A stretch of 63,777 bases of DNA, the filler included, from Rozella allomycis CSF55 (taxonomy: Eukaryota), in assembly GCA_000442015.1 (NCBI GenBank). It is 8 parts of 8 records of this genome, joined end to end, with 100 filler letters (N's around TTAATTAATTAA, not from the genome) between each part and the next. Parts side by side here need not be neighbours in the genome. Positions count along the whole stretch, not along the records: positions 1 to 28,026 come from KE561016.1; 7 more parts are not named here. One strand, given 5' to 3'. Below the pieces are notes generated by a model. It saw nothing but the letters and a program-made list of their open reading frames with translations, ran no database searches and was not told the origin of the DNA. The position numbers and the translations under genes were made by a program. Positions 1 through 11,965 of the stretch are shown here, one piece after another (position 1 is the first letter of the stretch; each line of letters starts with the position of its first letter).

Positions 1-2006
1 TCACTGGATACAACGAGTCTGACATCATTGGATCCCCTTTTGCGGATTTAATATTTTTAGAAATTTCAGAAATTGATTGTGGACATTGCGGCTATTTGGA
101 AGTTGAAATTGAAAAATTAAAGGAGGCTTCGAAATCAATGATATCCTCACTTTTGCAAAAAGAAAATGTTAACATTGATTTAATTTTGAAAGTTTTAAAA
201 CCTGCAAGTCCAATACAGAACACTTGCACATATGGATCATGCACCCTGTCTTGGTTTAACGTGGATGCGACTGCAGTTCTTGACAATGAAAATAAATTAA
301 TGTATTATGTAGTTTTACTTCATGATATATCAAGACAAAAGCAGGTTGAAGATGAACAAAGAAAGGCCAATAGATTAAAGACTGAATTCATAACAACTAT
401 TAGTCACGAGCTGAGAACTCCTTTAAATTGTATTATGGGATCATGTAGCCACTTACTTCATCTAATTAATTCCAGTAATTTTCTTCCTTTTTTATAATGT
501 TAGACCCCGGTAAAACATTGGATCAAATTTTCCAATTCAATGATTTTTGTGAAACTATATCAGTAACAATGTCTTCATCACAATTTTTATTAACTCTTGT
601 TAATAATGTCATTGACATACAGAAAATAGAAGCTGGGAAAATGGAAGCTCAAAATATAACCTTTGACCTACCTGGTATCATTGTAAAAGCAGTGCGAGCT
701 TGCAAGCCAATAGCAAGTCAGAAAAAGATTAGAATTTTAACTTTCTTTAAGAAACTCTACTGCTCTACTTCTAAAGTTGATTGTAATGATTCATCCATTG
801 TTTGCATCAAAAAGTTCAACATTGAGAATGATTTTGAGAATATAACCGTTTCTTTACAAGCTCTTAAAGGATCTGAAATGGATTCAACCGATTTATTGCC
901 GAAATATTGCATTGGGGATCCCGAAAAGTTATTTCAAGTGGTGATGAACATATTGAGTAATTCAGTCAAGTATTCGCCAAGCAACTCTCTTATTAAAGTT
1001 CACATTAGTAGCTTCTTGTACAAATCTAAAACCATTTTGACCTTTTCAATTCATGACCAGGGCCAGGGTATTTCTCCAGAGGATTACAAGAAACTTTTTC
1101 AGAGATTCAGTCGATTAAAACTTAGAAAACGTTCAGATAAACCAGCCAGTGGCTCAGGATTAGGACTAAACATCTGCAAACGCTTGTTAATGATAATGAA
1201 TGGTGATATCTGGGTTAGAGGTAATGAGGATGGCATAGAAGGTGAATATAAAGAATTGGCTGAATTAATTCTTAAATCTGAGGAAGATTCAGTTCATGAA
1301 AAGTGGATTAAACAATATTGCAAAGGCTATCCTGAAAAGTTTGAAGGCGCTTGTTTCACATTTGTAGTCCCTGTTGAATGTGCCAAAGAAAACGACACTA
1401 CTTGCATCAAAAGCAAAGATGAAGTTGATAACTCAGCCATACTAACAAGAACGTTAGAGAATTTAGTCTTTGGGCATTTAAGAGAGAATCAAAGCATAGA
1501 AAATATTAACAAGAGCAGTGTAGAACTAGACAGAAATGTATGCGACAGTGCATTTAGTTTGAGCGCATCAATTGTAAGTTTGTGGAATCAATTGAATTTA
1601 CTTGTTGTTGAAGATAACATAATAAATCAAAAAGTGTTAATCAAAATGATTAATGAAATTCTCAAGAATTGCATTCCATTTTCAATTGATGTTGCTGAAA
1701 ATGGTCTTGTAGCTCTTGAGAAAGTCGACCAAAAGTTTTATCAGGTCGTTTTCATGGGTACAATGTCATATTATGGTTCATGTAGATATTCAAATGCCTG
1801 TAATGGATGGAGTTGAAGCTTCCTTGAAAATATGCGAAAAGTACCCCGATTGTAGTAAGCGACCAATAATTGCAGCCGTCACAGCGAACGCAATGAAGAC
1901 TGATGCCAATCAAAATATTCAAAGATACTTTGACTACTACCTTAACAAGCCATTAACCATAACTAAAATCAAATCCATCTTCAGCAAACTGGGATTACCA
2001 TTTTAA
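1..2006 (+). CDS. Hybrid sensor histidine kinase (PAS-like/HisKA/HATPase/REC), 5'-truncated, multi-exon
   Basis: H-box EFITTISHELRTPLN; N-box QVVMNILSNSVKYS; G1 DQGQGIS; G2 GSGLGLNIC; REC LVVEDNIINQ...FMDIQMPVMDG...AVTANA...YLNKP. GT-AG introns 475-503 (29 nt) and 1758-1785 (28 nt) join the three ORFs in frame. Confidence 0.93.
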
Positions 2007-2046
2007 ATAAAACAACTTTAATTTTTTCCATTTAGGAAATTTTCCG

Positions 2047-2967
2047 ATGACTATTGAGAGCACAAAAAGACCGCATGAAAATCTCAGACATTTCTTGGCG
2101 GGTGGAATATCTGGTGCTTGCGCTGAAACTATTGTCGCGCCTATAGAACGCGCCAAATTATTGCTACAATTGCAGTCTGTCAATTCACAACTATTAAAAC
2201 AAAGCCATTATAAGGGATTCTTTGATGTTATCAAACGAATCCCAAAAGAGCAAGGATTCACATCTCTATGGTAGTACTGAATTTTACATTCAAGTAGGCG
2301 AGGAAACGGAGTAAATGTTGTTCGATACTTTTTCACTCAAGCATTAAACTTTTCATTTAAAGAAAAATACCAGAAACTATTTCATTCAGAAGGGGAAACC
2401 TTTTATAAATTTTTCTTTTCCAATTTGGCTGCTGGCGGACTTGCCGGTGCAACTTCCCTTTGCTTTGTGTTTCCGTTAGATCTTGCTCGTACAAAACTAG
2501 CACTGGATATTGGAAAAAAGGAAAGTAGAGAATATAAAGGATTAGCAGATGTAATAGGGGCTATATACAGAAAGAATGGGTTCAGAGGGCTTTACAATGG
2601 ATTTCAGATATCGGTCGTTGGAATTTTCTTTTATAGATCTGTATATTTTGGTGGATTTGATACAGCGAAAACTTATCTTCCGCCTAACCCATCTCTATTT
2701 CTTCAATGGGGTGCAGCACAAAGTGTGGCAATGTGTTCTGGATTGGTTGCATACCCTTTTGACTCTGTGAGGCGGAGAATGATGATGCAGAGTGGCAAAG
2801 ATAAGAAGCTTTATACTTCTGGGTTACAATGTTTCAAAACTGTTATTAAAGAAGAAGGATTTCGGGCACTTTATAAGGGATCTATCATAAATATGTTTCG
2901 AGGCACTGGCGGTGCGATAGTTTTGGTTTGCTATGAATATTTAGATCGATATCTCACTTTTGTATAA
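2047..2967 (+). CDS. AAC: Mitochondrial ADP/ATP carrier
   Basis: FLAGGISG..APIERAKLLLQ; SLW|RGN across the 27-nt intron 2271-2297; AAC signature RRRMMM. Confidence 0.95.
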
Positions 2968-2991
2968 TAAAAAACTTAGATGCATTATATT

Positions 2992-3957
2992 TTATTCATG
3001 TCTTTCTTTGGTTAGAACAAGGTAAGTGCCAAACTCTTGAAATGGAATAGCTTCAGACGGGTTCAAGACATCCATTGATTCAATATCACACAAGACTAAG
3101 GGAATATTGATCTGTTTGTTATTTTCATTATTAATTCCAAGCTCATTTGTAATATAGTCAATACATTTTCCCACTGTCCAATTCTATTCAAGAAAAGTTT
3201 GTTGCATTACTTTGTCAAAGAAGAAAGCTTTTGGATCAATTTTCTTTATTTTGTCGTCTATTTGAACCATAGCATACGATCTGTTTTCAGGGTTCAAACC
3301 TTGGTTTCCCTTTAATGTCAATCACTGATTTTAATTACAGCTGCCTTCATTTTCATTTTCATGAATTCAACTCTTTTATTCAATTTACCAAATCTTAATT
3401 TTTCTCTTGCTAGCTTTATAGCCTCACTCGAAGTATTAGCAACTTGCTTGGCGGTAAATGATTTACAGCCATGAATTGTTTCATCGCGATGCCTGTATTT
3501 CATACTGGTTCATTATTTACTTTAAACAATAGGACTTTGAACAGAATTTGCAGCTAGCCATTACTAGGCTTTGTATTCCACAAGTGTCCATGGAACATGT
3601 CTTTTTAGAGTGTCTTGTGCTATCGAATTTCACGCATTCAGATAAATGTTTATCAAGCTATTTTCCGTTTCACATAAATTTACTTTATCATCAAGCGGTA
3701 CATCACAAAATGGACATTCGGCATGTCTATCCTATTAGATTTTACGAAATGTGCATACTTTGGTTCCACTTGTGCATTTATGAGATGTAACACTTCTGTG
3801 ATCAATACTATAACAGTACAACATAAATTATAGTACCAGTAAACGTGATTGCAAAAAGAGCATGTAAAAGGCAGATAATCTATGCGAAGTCCCTTTAAAA
3901 TGTACCAAGAGTATTGCAGAAAGGATGTTCACAATTTTTCCCGATATTTAATTCCAT
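2992..3957 (-). CDS. AN1-type zinc finger protein (ZFAND1/Cuz1-like), multi-exon
   Basis: Manual translation from ATG 3957: MELNIGKNCEHPFCNTL|DYLPFTCSFCNHVYC..HR...H.C, a second C/H cluster ending YRHRDETIHGC, and C-terminal WTVGKCIDYITNELGINNENN resembling the UBL-like region. Confidence 0.75.
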
Positions 3958-4466
3958 TTTATAGCTGAGGGCGAGGCGAATTTTCGTATTCCATTATCTA
4001 TACATGGGAGTAATAAATGATTAAAAAGAAAAGAAAAACAAAGTAGTTTATTAAGATGGCTCGATTGGATACAAAGGTAGACAAAGTTGCTACAGGCTAC
4101 ACTGATAAATTGTTGGAAGTTATTGGCTTATTGCAAAAAATAAGATCCTCAAATGATCGAATTCTTAATTATGTTCGATAAGAAAAGAAGGATATTTTGA
4201 TCATATACGGGTATATTGAAAACGAGAGTACGAAGGTTCGGGGCACAAACCTTCAACCCCGGAAAGCATGGAAAAACCAGCCGAAACGAAAGCAAAAAAC
4301 ACTGCTATGGAACACAGTATATCTCACATCCATCCATTACAGGGAACAGAGTGTGACGTGTGGAGAGAGGCAAAAGTAGATTGTAACGTTTATGATCAAA
4401 TAGAAAATAAAAAATGAGACAAGGGTTTATTTAGGAAATTAGAGAATTATAGTAAATAGGGATATC

Positions 4467-5882
4467 NAGCTAAAGGAAGAAGGAAATAAGAAATACCTTC
4501 GTTTTACTGAATTTCAGCTGTTTGGTCGTGTATATGAGAAAATTCTAGTTAGACAATGCTGGGAGAAACTCTTTGTTTGCCTCACCAAATATGAAAGAGG
4601 TACAATTCTTGGAGCGTCGGGAATCGGGAAATCCATGTTTCTATTATACCTCGCATATCGATTTATGCAAGAAGGACAGAAAGTAGTCTTTTCACACTCT
4701 TTGCAGAGAACTACGGTTGTTGCATCAAAGCGCGAAGTGGTGGTTAGGAGAGCCACATTAGAAGAAGAAGAATCTGCAGTGTTCTTGTTTGACTCGGTAA
4801 GACCCACAAATTGCACAAGGGGGTACCTAGTAAGCACTCCTAGAGATGATCCATGTTTCAATGAATTCAAGAAAGTCCATCGCAGTATATTCCATTACAT
4901 GCCAACATGGACTGCTGATGAATTGGATGATTATATGAGCGTTTGCTTGCCCAATGCCACAAAAGATGAGATAGAACGATATAAAGCCCGATATCATGTA
5001 TATGGTGGTGTTCCTCGTACTATTTTTGATTATGGCTCTCGATACAGCCTCAATGAAGAGGCAGAGAATATGATTTATAGGTTAGGGATTACCGAGACCA
5101 TGTTTCACCGTGGCACTCTGCGAAGCGAAAATTGTCCCTATGATTTTGACATGTTGGTACACTTGGTAGTGACAGATGAGGACTTTACGGATTATGAACA
5201 CACCATAGCGTCTGAAGCATTAGCTGATCGCTTGACCGAGATTGCGAAAAGAAGTGAATACTACTTGGAAACTCTGGGAAAGGCCATACAATATGGAGGG
5301 GAGTCTGTTCTTACTGGTGATCTTTTCCAATTATATGCTATATGCAAGATCAGATCTGGCGGTGACTTTAGAGTTAAATGTAAGTGCGAATCAGTTCATT
5401 AAATATAAGGTATTAAAGGCATGAATGTGCGCAATGAGTTTACTTTGACAATTAAGCCTTCCGATGTGCAGGCCGCATGTAGCATTGAGGAGGATGTAGG
5501 ATTGAGCAAAAGACTCTATGTACTCACTGCATCAAATTTCAAAGGCGAGGACTTTAAATTTGAAGATATTTTACTCATTATGACTAATAGATATGATTAT
5601 GGGTTTAAGATAAATGCACAGAGCGCTCAAGTTGTGAAGACCTTAATAGAACAAAAAGGTAGGGACAATGTGGCAATTATCTTTGTGGTCCCGTTTGATT
5701 ATGTCTTTGATTCATTCAAGGAGCAAAAGATTATTAAAACCGAGAGACTCGAAATTATTAAGAATTCTAGCGACTTGGCAGAGGAGAATTTGCGAATTAA
5801 CCAAGAAGAAGATTTGAAATCGGAAATATTGGATTTTGTCCGGGGCTTACCACAGTTTGTTCTTGGAATCCCAGGCTGCTAA
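4467..5882 (+). CDS. Crinkler/RHS (CR)-type P-loop NTPase with degenerate REase-like C-terminus; 5' end unresolved
   Basis: In frame upstream of the 4635 ORF: ILVRQCW...ILGASGIGKSMFLLYL (Walker A, 4611-4634). Also LFDS, MPTWTADEL, RYHVYGGVPR, GDLFQ..A....GGDF. A gtaagt...aag intron near 5380-5410 links it to the 5421 ORF. Confidence 0.75.
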
Positions 5883-6019
5883 CATAATAAATAGTCGTTT
5901 AATGTATTATAACTTTTTCTGTTTGACGAGTTTTTCATATTGGCATATTGAATGGAATTTGGGTAGCAATTATCTATTGAGAAGTATAATAGACTTTAAA
6001 AACAATATTAAGAATGTAT

Positions 6020-9000
6020 TTATTCACCTATTAGTTTGAGATAATCGTCTCTAACGCCATACAAATCTTGCAGACAAATTCTCATTTGATCAAGATCATG
6101 AAACATTTCCTTGAACGAAGCGGAAATGAAGAGATAATGGTAGTCGTTTAAATCCATCATAGTAATGAAAACATCTGGAATTGCTTGCAAGTTTTTTCTA
6201 ACTTTGTGTCTTGATTTTTCAATATCAGGAAGGAAAGGCGGCATTGGTTCTCTAGTCAATAAAGTGCCATGCAATACATTGAAATATAAAGTGACAGCGC
6301 CTAGGAATAATCTTCTTTCTTTTGATAATTTTAATAAAACATTCTTTTTAAAGTGATCGCTGAATCCTTGAGATGCGGCAATTCTACTGGACAATAGTCT
6401 ATCGAGAATATTCTGGCTGTTCTGACAAAGAGATTTATAGAGAGAACCTCTAAAAGGATGACCATCAAAGGTAACTTCATTTGAAGAGTATTGCAAGAGT
6501 TCTTGACATTTAATGATTGAATTTTGTATTTGAAATTCCAGCGACAGAAAGTCTTGCGTTGTCACTTTCAGTTCAACATCATTTTGGCAAGTCATGACAC
6601 AAACAATTTTAGAAAACAATAAACTCAATTTCTGTGTAATTTTTCCCAATTCATTTCGTGCAGCAACTTTGGCGAAATATGGAAACAAAACTAGCGACAT
6701 TAAGAGGCAAGCAATGACACCGACAATGATCATTACAGATCTTCTTAGAGCTAATTGATAGATATCAGAAACATTTGATTGAGGATTATTTTCATGAATT
6801 ATTGTATCCAACACTTTTCCATACAAAATCAAAGAAAATGTTGTCAACGCGACAATCCCAATCCTTGAATATTTAGTGTACAATCTCATAAAAGTCAATG
6901 GCCACACAACAACAATTGAACACAAAATTTGCAAGATTCCCATTTCAGCTTTTATTCCAGGAATCAAAATCCAAATCAACAATGCAGAAATCGCACCAGC
7001 TAATGTTCCCCAGATTCGCCAGATTCCCATTGACAAGGAAGCTCCAATCTACATTAATCATTACATTCAATCTTACTGTTGGTGACATTACAACATACAC
7101 TGTGAATAGAGCCCAACTTCCCTTCCAATCATAAAAGAAATGATAAGTGTCATCATCAAACCCAAACAAAGATATCAATGTCACACTAATCGCCGTTCTA
7201 AGCGCATATTTGTATTCTGGAGTTGCAAATTTGACAGACAAACGATATCCCAAATCAAGAACGATCAATTTAAACGATTTCAACATGATTTCAAAATTAG
7301 AAAATCTTGGGCGCTCCATGAATTCTCTGAAACGCAATTTTATATCCGTCAAAGACAAAAGACTATTCATTGACGCTCTTCTTGAACTGTCAGGCTCATC
7401 AAATGATTTTATACTTCCAGATTCATCTACTCATTAAACATTAAAGAAAATACCTTCTTCATTTCTATTTAATAAATTTATTGAACTAAACGATCTTCTC
7501 ACTTGAGGATCATTCCATAGAAAGGGCACATACAAACTTTTAGCCTTTTTCATCATTCTAGTCTTTTTTGATAGAATATCCAATTTTTCACCAAACATTG
7601 TAAGACAAAGCAGAAAAGAAAATATACAATACAATTCCTCAATTAACCCATTAGTTTTAGATTTTGACAATCCTTCGACAAGGGTCCCAATGTCATCTTC
7701 TACAGTGACGTCAGTCTCTTCCATTTGGTCATTATTAGTTTGCATCAAATAGTCTTTCACCACTTGCTTTTGTCTCATTTTAAGTTGCTCAATTGCCTCA
7801 TTAATTGTTTTAAACGACACTGTATTTGTGGGTGAAAGTCCAACAGAAGAGATGGAGGTTTTACGATGAGCAAAGATATCGTTAAATTTCCCCCAAAATG
7901 TCGTCTCTTTGCCCTTCTCATTGCTATCTTCTATAATGGAATCTGTACGGACTTGGCTCGTCGCACTGAGCAAACTTGCCCTAGCCTGATCTTCAGTTTT
8001 CCTCTTCCATATTTGTGGAAATAGAGCATCTAGTCTTTTGCTTTTCCTGTCACTGGATTTTTGTTTCGTGAAAATGTTAATGTGTGATATCTTCTTGGCC
8101 GCATCTTTGAATCTATTGCTTCTCTCTCGTCCAAAAACATCATAGTCCCAGGGACTCAATATATTCGTATCCTCCTCAATCTCTTTCGTCCTTAGTCTGT
8201 TGTAAACATGTCGGAGATCCAACATGGCCAAATCTACAAACTAGATGCCAATAATTCNTTCATTGTTATCTTCTATAATGGAATCTGTACGGACTTGGCT
8301 TGTTGCACTGAGCAAGCTTGCCCTAGCCTGATCTTCAGTTTTCCTCTTCCATATTTGTGGAAATAGAGCATCTAGTCTTTTGCTTTTCCTGTCACTGGAT
8401 TTTTGTTTCGTGAAAATGTTAATGTGTGATATCTTCTTGGCCGCATCTTTGAATCTATTGCTTCTCTCTCGTCCAAAAACATCATAGTCCCAGGGACTCA
8501 ATACATTTGTATCCTCCTCACTCTCTTTCGTTCTTAGTCTGTTGTAAACATGTCGGAGATCCAACATGGCCAAATCTACAAACTAGATGTCAATCATTCA
8601 ATTCTATTACTTGCATAAAATCAGACTCTATTTCTCTCATGAAAATTTTAAAAGACTCTTTATTGATCGAATCAACGGCATTAAACTCCAACAATTGTTT
8701 GCAGCTGGAACCAATCGACGTCAAGTGACGAAGAAGTCTTCGAATCGTTACCGTAAAAGATTCATAATACTTTCTATCAAAATACGAATATGAAATTTCT
8801 AGCCTTGATTCATCCAACGCCGACGATATCTTGTTAAAAGTCGCCCTTGCATTATTCATGCTCTTTTCAAGTTTCGCCATTAAATCATTGGCGTTAAATG
8901 TTTCATTGGAATGATTCACAGACCACGATACTTCAGCCATCAAAGATAATAAATCTCCAAGAGATCGAACACCAGCCTTCATATGTTTTCTCAATTCATC

Positions 9001-9668
9001 GCCAGCGTAAAACGGAAATATTAGCAAATTTACAATCAATGATATCGCAGCGCCAATTAAATAAACCAATGAAAAGAAAATTATCATCTTACTTTGAGTT
9101 GAGCCATTAGCATTTCGTAATCAAATGTTTGTCCATCCTTTATCTGCTTATACCCGTTCATTATACTCGTAATCATCAGTAGAAAACATATATTTGTAGC
9201 CGTCGTCACTTGCTTTTGGTAATTTGCCTTTAGCAATGCTAGAACAAATACGGTAATTGCTATTGTTGAAAGTAACATCAACGAAGAAAATAACATTTTT
9301 GGAATCACAAAATAACAAAAGCAGCCCATCATTATCACTGATATTACAAAGAAGAATATTGACTGTAACATTGCACCCACTGATTTTGACGGGTCAGCAA
9401 GTATAATGGAAATTGGAAGGTATATCAGACGAGTTATTTCTGTAGTAATAACATACGGGAAATTTTCAATATACATCAAACTGATTGAAATAGTAAAAGC
9501 GAGAACAGTCTTGAATATATTCTTGAATTCCCTTGATTTAAGATACTTAAAAATGCTTCTCATTTTTTCATTCAAAATGCAAGTGAATTTTTCCCATTTA
9601 TCTACAGGAGCTTGTGTTGGGACTGTCAATGGATCGCCTTCCGAGTTTGGTGACATAAATGAAAACAC
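6020..9668 (-). CDS. Aromatic-acid exporter/FUSC/ALMT-like polytopic membrane protein (fungal ArAE_2/Bre4-like), multi-exon
   Basis: Two TM bundles: FKNIFKTVLAF...LIVNLLIFPFYAGDELR and YKYALRTA...KGSWALFTVYVVMSPTV...RIWGTLAG...RRSVMIIVG...VLFP. The internal duplication at 'n' 8258 is an assembly overlap. Confidence 0.8.
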
Positions 9669-9825
9669 GAAATTTCATAACAAGTGATTGCGAATTACAA
9701 TCTAAAATTGATATTTATTTAAAGATCAATTGAATTGCATTATACGTTATTAACTACATTCTATTTTTAATGTTCATTCATTCACGACATCTAAAATAGA
9801 AGGCCTTTCTAAGCCACACACTTTA

Positions 9826-10581
9826 ATGCACCGAAAATTGATTACCATCATTACATTATACATATCAACGTTCAATTGTGAAACAACAAGCATAACTAAT
9901 GAAATTATAATTCCTGACATTAAAACTACTGTTTCCTTTAGCACAGAGTTCGGGCACACAAAATATGCTGTTTCTGCCCGATACAAGGAGAATCAAGAAT
10001 ATGGACAAGGCGAAATGCATCAATATCTAATAAGAGGCAGAATGTCAAGAGTTCATTCTCAATTTAAATTCGATTATTCCAGCTTGCTATTTGCTGATGA
10101 CCAGCGCAGAACATTACATATCATATCGACAAAAGATCGGGTTAGCACAATACAAACCCTAGCTTATGATTTAGATAAGCCGCGCAATGGCAGTGTGGCG
10201 AAAATAATCGTATTCAATACCTCACCGGTTAAAGGTGTATCTGTTTTCAATATGGATGCCGAAAATGATAATTGGTATGCAAATGATATACTACGAAATA
10301 AAATGAAGAGACAGGTTTATTTGAGGAATGGCGTTTGGTGCTTTGTCGACACCAATGAGGCAGTGATTGGGCAAGTTATCACCGAAGAGGAAATTAGAAA
10401 AGATCTTGATACTTATAAAAGTAAACATAAAAAATTCTACATTCAAAACATGAACGCAATTTTGATATCAGTTTCCCTAATGTCGATATTCAGTAAAGTT
10501 GGACCGATTCTGCTGTTCTATGGAACTGTTCAAATAGCATTAAATCTAATCAATGAAGATTCTTCATTAAAACCTAAATAA
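9826..10581 (+). CDS. Hypothetical protein with signal-peptide-like N-terminus and hydrophobic C-terminus
   Basis: 251-aa uninterrupted ORF filling the space between neighbouring genes; no family recognised. Confidence 0.55.
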   Translation: MHRKLITIITLYISTFNCETTSITNEIIIPDIKTTVSFSTEFGHTKYAVSARYKENQEYGQGEMHQYLIRGRMSRVHSQFKFDYSSLLFADDQRRTLHIISTKDRVSTIQTLAYDLDKPRNGSVAKIIVFNTSPVKGVSVFNMDAENDNWYANDILRNKMKRQVYLRNGVWCFVDTNEAVIGQVITEEEIRKDLDTYKSKHKKFYIQNMNAILISVSLMSIFSKVGPILLFYGTVQIALNLINEDSSLKPK

Positions 10582-10602
10582 ACATTTAATTTATAGAACT
10601 AC

Positions 10603-11949
10603 ATGATTTTTCATAATCTCCATTCAAGGGTCCAGTGGCTTATAAAAATGGATTTTGAAAGGTTATTTAATTCACATCCCTCCTTTTTCGAAACCAAAAA
10701 GAATTCAGAAAAAATAATAGGGATTATTGGCGGAGGAATCGCTGGATTGGCGTTGGCGATAGCACTTCAAAAGCACAAAATCAGATCGGTGGTATTCGAA
10801 AAAGACGAATCTTTTGATTCCAGGCACCAAGGATATGGCTTAACTATGCAACAAGGTGGAAGAGCACTCAAAACATTAGGACTATCTCAGAATATAGCCG
10901 AAAATTCGGTTTCATCACATGGCCACTTTGTCTTTGACAGTGAGGGCTACGTGATTTTGTACTGGATGCCTGAAGAAAAGAAAGAAAGAGAAGATAGTTG
11001 GACTTCAGGTCGCAACTGTCATATCAGTAGACAGAATTTAAGACATATTTTATTGGACGCTCTAGATCCTGACTACACCAATGTCGTATGGAACTCAAAG
11101 TTGCATCATTTTGTCGAAAAGGAAGAATTAGTGGAGTTATGGTTTAAGGATTGCGATAGTGAAATTACAGTAAATGCTCTTGCCGGCTGTGATGGGATTT
11201 ACTCCAAAGTCCGAAAGAACATTCTAGGAGATGATTTGTCCTTTTTAGGCGTGTTTGTTATGCTTGGAATATTTGATAATTCAAAGTTTTCTCTTTGCCA
11301 GGATAGAGTAATTCAAATGTCGAATGGAAGCACGAGAGTTTTTGCCATGCCATACGATAAAACTAGGTGGATGTGGCAGTTATCGTTTCCTTATGACTAC
11401 GACGCTAGCATATCGCTTTCTTCTTCTGGTTCTTTAATGTTAAAAGAAACAGCGTTGGAACTATGTAAAGATTTCGCCAACCCCTTTCTAAACATGATAG
11501 AAGAAACATCAATTGACCTAATTACAGGATATCCTGTTTATGATAGAGATCCCTTACAAGCAGTATTAAAGGAGAATTCTTTGATTACACTTCTTGGTGA
11601 CGCCGCTCATCCAATGTCTCCATTCAAAGGACAAGGTGCTAATCAAGCGCTTCTCGATGCTGTAATATTGGCCGACGAAATAAAGAAGAATGAAAATCTG
11701 AAAGTTGCAATGAGGAAATATGAAAACAACATGATCGAAAGAACGAAGAATAAGGTATTAGGATCTAGAATGGGAGTGTCTACTTTACACTGCAAAGAAT
11801 TTTTGGATACAGAATATCAACTAGAAAGAAGAGGATTCGGGAACTCCAATTCTGCTATTGAATTAATCAACTCGATCAGAGACCAGGGTATTAAATGTGA
11901 CGACGATAGATTTCTAGAATTAATAAAATCAAATAGATTTGTTTCTTAA
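10603..11949 (+). CDS. FAD-dependent monooxygenase (class A flavoprotein hydroxylase), intronless
   Basis: GIIGGGIAGL Rossmann motif, GCDGIYSKVR (DG motif), LLGDAAHPMSPFKGQGANQALLDA (GD motif). Confidence 0.92.
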   Translation: MIFHNLHSRVQWLIKMDFERLFNSHPSFFETKKNSEKIIGIIGGGIAGLALAIALQKHKIRSVVFEKDESFDSRHQGYGLTMQQGGRALKTLGLSQNIAENSVSSHGHFVFDSEGYVILYWMPEEKKEREDSWTSGRNCHISRQNLRHILLDALDPDYTNVVWNSKLHHFVEKEELVELWFKDCDSEITVNALAGCDGIYSKVRKNILGDDLSFLGVFVMLGIFDNSKFSLCQDRVIQMSNGSTRVFAMPYDKTRWMWQLSFPYDYDASISLSSSGSLMLKETALELCKDFANPFLNMIEETSIDLITGYPVYDRDPLQAVLKENSLITLLGDAAHPMSPFKGQGANQALLDAVILADEIKKNENLKVAMRKYENNMIERTKNKVLGSRMGVSTLHCKEFLDTEYQLERRGFGNSNSAIELINSIRDQGIKCDDDRFLELIKSNRFVS

Positions 11950-11965
11950 CGGATAGAATTGTTTA

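Noticed and set aside
96..2006. Possible bacterial two-component operon or prokaryotic defence system (also the NTPase-REase genes)
   Set aside because: Spliceosomal introns join the ORFs and the context is eukaryotic; these are a hybrid HK and CR-family genes.
7434..8573. Apparent tandem gene pair starting MAMLDLRH
   Set aside because: Duplicated exon segment around a single-'n' contig overlap within one transporter gene.
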